This document shows, one piece after another, positions 15,511-17,379 of a DNA stretch of 17,379 bases. Source of the stretch: a virus; IMG/VR virus record IMGVR_UViG_3300045988_147339, positions 1 to 17,379 of that record. One strand, 5' to 3'. The position numbers and the translations under genes were made by a program. Every line of letters starts with the position of its first letter. The stretch's first letter is position 1. The notes beneath the pieces are model-generated. The model searched no databases and was not told where the DNA came from. It was given only the letters and a program-made list of their open reading frames with translations.

Positions 15511-15917
15511 AAGCCTAATGTGTTGTCAACTTGGAAATCAGCTCTAACAAACACTCCGCAGGTAATATCTTTGAACTTTTGATAGAATGGAGTATAAATT
15601 AAAGGATAAGCTATTTCAACTTCTGGATATAGGTTATTAAAACGATTAATTATATTTTGCAGTGCGAGCATACCTGCTGACTGTTCCTCCAATTGGTTGT
15701 TATCAGTCTCATCCCATCTTGATACGAAGTATAGGTTTAAAGAGTAAGTAATAGTATCTTCATCTACACTAAAAGTATTAGGTGTTATATAGAACACATT
15801 ATACTCAATAGTTGGTAAGCTATTTAACTCATAAATATCTTTACTTCCTACAAAATTGATGTTTGGCTCTTCTAATGCACAAGCTTTTAAATTGCTAATT
15901 ATCTCATAGTAGGTCAT
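15492..15917 (-). CDS. Hypothetical virion-module protein (141 aa).
   Basis: Intact ORF running ATG to TAG, packed 2 nt after the upstream gene. I recognised no motif. Confidence 0.7.
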   Translation of the reverse strand: MTYYEIISNLKACALEEPNINFVGSKDIYELNSLPTIEYNVFYITPNTFSVDEDTITYSLNLYFVSRWDETDNNQLEEQSAGMLALQNIINRFNNLYPEVEIAYPLIYTPFYQKFKDITCGVFVRADFQVDNTLGLCQDSM

Positions 15918-15919
15918 AA

Positions 15920-16609
15920 TTACTTACTCTTTTTATTATTACTTGAAGGGAAATCATAAGCTCTTTGAAGAGGTCCCTCTCCAGGTTTAATGCTCCATCC
16001 TTTACCTCTTGCTCCACCAAGCCAAATATTGCAAGATGAGCTAGAGTAAAGATTGGGAAACATATCCTTTAATGGCTTATATGTATAAAGCTCAGGGAAT
16101 TCGTTATAATATGTAATTATAAAGTCCTGTAAACGAGTCTTAAAGAAATCCGCCTTATCTCTATAATACTTCTTAATTTGATTTACTTGACTTGCTTCAG
16201 CAGCAATATCTTTCTCATCATCAGTTCTCATAACTCCAAAATTACCAAGCTTATAAGATATAGGAATTACTATCTCGCTAAGTACTTGATAAAGTAAATA
16301 AGGCTGAACATAATAGTCTAATAGCTCTTTATATCTGTAGTTATCAGAATCATCAATAGAATCACTTGGAAGTGGCTCAGGAGGTTCTATTGGATGAACT
16401 GGAGTATGAGGATCAATCCAATTAATACATTTCTTTTGTAATGCTTCCAATAGCTTAGTACCAATAGTTGACTGAAGCTCTACATCTTGAGCACTTGTGA
16501 TGGCTGCTTGTAAATATTTACCCGATATATTGTTATCTAATGTAGAATTTGACTTTATATAGTCTTCTGAAATAAGCAGTACATTTCTATAGTTAAGTTG
16601 TTCCATCAT
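15920..16609 (-). CDS. Hypothetical virion protein, possibly a head-tail connector/adaptor type (229 aa).
   Basis: Intact ORF running ATG to TAA. The N-terminal pattern ..EDYIKSNSTLDNNISGKYLQAAITSAQDVELQSTIGTKLLEAL.. resembles gp6-like connector proteins, recalled from memory only. All three Trp codons are TGG. Confidence 0.7.
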   Translation of the reverse strand: MMEQLNYRNVLLISEDYIKSNSTLDNNISGKYLQAAITSAQDVELQSTIGTKLLEALQKKCINWIDPHTPVHPIEPPEPLPSDSIDDSDNYRYKELLDYYVQPYLLYQVLSEIVIPISYKLGNFGVMRTDDEKDIAAEASQVNQIKKYYRDKADFFKTRLQDFIITYYNEFPELYTYKPLKDMFPNLYSSSSCNIWLGGARGKGWSIKPGEGPLQRAYDFPSSNNKKSK

Positions 16610-17201
16610 AAATAAATTTATTGTTTTTATAAGGTCTATTTTCTTTTAAAGCTAAATATAATCCAGAACGTTCTCCATTAACTGATTTAACAGCTTCTTT
16701 CATTGAATTATATCTTGCAATAAAATTCCCATTCATATCAAATCTTAATATAGGCTTAACTCTAGTAATTCGTCCTTTGGAAGCATTTCCAATTTTAATA
16801 AGTGTTTCCAAAGTATAGATTCCTTTCTTTCCTTTATTCCAGGGTGTTTTACCTTTTTTAGAATTTGACATTTTTGTTCTACTCTCATTAGAAAAAGAAT
16901 ACCCGTATGTACCTTCTCCTCCTGATGTTATATTGTAACCATTTTCAGGAGTATTTGTTTTATATTTATGTATCAATATCCTTTCTAATGTCTTAGCACA
17001 AGCTTCTGGTAAATTATCTTTAATTATGATATGTTCAAATCCATCTCAGCTATATTTTTGTATCGCTTTATAAAAGTAAGCTTGAGTAGAGTATCCATAT
17101 CCATTTTTTCACCTAGCTTGCACACTTTGTCCAGTAATGCCAAAATATAGCTTATTGTTATACTTATTTATATGGCAATAAACAGTATAATTATTCAACA
17201 T
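16593..17201 (-). CDS. GIY-YIG homing endonuclease (202 aa with TGA=Trp).
   Basis: ATG at 17199-17201. Hand translation: MLNNYTVYCHINKYNNKLYFGITGQSVQAR-W-KNGYGYSTQAYFYKAIQKYS-W-DGFEHIIIKDNLPEACAKTLERILIHKYKTNTPENGYNITSGGEG... TGAs are at 17109 and 17046. I checked all in-frame triplets from 16977 to 17201 and found no TAA or TAG. The gene overlaps both neighbours (17 nt and 11 nt). Confidence 0.85.
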
Positions 17202-17379
17202 TTTGTTTGCTATCTTCTTGTCCATTTGGAGTTAAGCTAAAAGGAGTTATAGTTATTGAACCTTTCATTCCAAATATCTTATCAAATGTATCTACTATTT
17301 CGACCTGAATTGGTCTAACTACTGTACGATTATAAAGTTTAAAAGCTTCATTAAATTCTTGTTCGTTGAATCCACTTGA
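17191..17379 (-). CDS. C-terminal 62 codons of a gene that begins beyond the right edge (possibly portal or another morphogenesis protein).
   Basis: Open from the window edge to TAA at 17191-17193: SSGFNEQEFNEAFKLYNRTVVRPIQVEIVDTFDKIFGMKGSITITPFSLTPNGQEDSKQNVE*. The resemblance to portal C-termini is weak and from memory. Confidence 0.5.
   Translation of the reverse strand, partial: SSGFNEQEFNEAFKLYNRTVVRPIQVEIVDTFDKIFGMKGSITITPFSLTPNGQEDSKQNVE

Noticed and set aside
1-17379. Mollicute (Mycoplasma/Spiroplasma) phage as the explanation for TGA=Trp.
   Set aside because: The window encodes a peptidoglycan M15 peptidase and a holin cassette, which would serve no purpose against wall-less hosts. 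The promoter-like modules and the lack of Shine-Dalgarno sequences fit Bacteroidota better. This is not proven without host prediction.
1-17379. Genetic code 25 (TGA=Gly), or selenocysteine, as the meaning of in-frame TGA.
   Set aside because: The TGAs fall on positions that are Trp in the HNH (dG.vWS), GIY-YIG (KYGW) and M15 (WxH) families. They are also far too frequent for Sec, and I noticed no SECIS-like context.
1-17379. tRNA, rRNA, CRISPR array, integrase or attachment site.
   Set aside because: The intergenic regions are short and AT-rich, with no cloverleaf-like GC-rich stems. There are no regularly spaced direct repeats and no recombinase motifs. The suppressor tRNA expected for the recoding must lie outside this window.

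Overview
This window is an AT-rich segment of a tailed-phage genome, judged by eye since I did not compute GC. The main result is that the standard-code ORF track is fragmented because in-frame TGA is read as Trp (a code-4-like reassignment). With TGA=Trp, the fragments fuse into complete, tightly packed genes that all end in TAA or TAG. I counted more than 30 in-frame TGAs, several at invariant Trp positions of recognisable families.

Most genes are on the minus strand:
- Virion and tail genes lie at 1-5476.
- A chaperone-like gene with a long open -1 frame lies at 5598-6400.
- The large terminase (6402-7649) is followed by small-terminase/HTH-like ORFs.
- A sigma factor is encoded as two separate ORFs.
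- There are one HNH and two GIY-YIG homing endonucleases, plus a PD-(D/E)xK nuclease.
- A lysis cassette at 13656-14926 is mostly invisible in the ORF track.

One plus-strand module (10880-13237) carries a TGA-free SF2 helicase bracketed by inverted copies of a 50-bp element. A third copy of that element sits at 5546-5595.

A divergent intergenic region (10652-10838) holds three TTTG-N20-TAnnTTTG promoter-like modules. Together with the absence of Shine-Dalgarno sequences, this suggests a Bacteroidota host. I saw no tRNA, rRNA, CRISPR array, integrase or transposase. All functional calls rest on motifs I read by eye, not on database searches.
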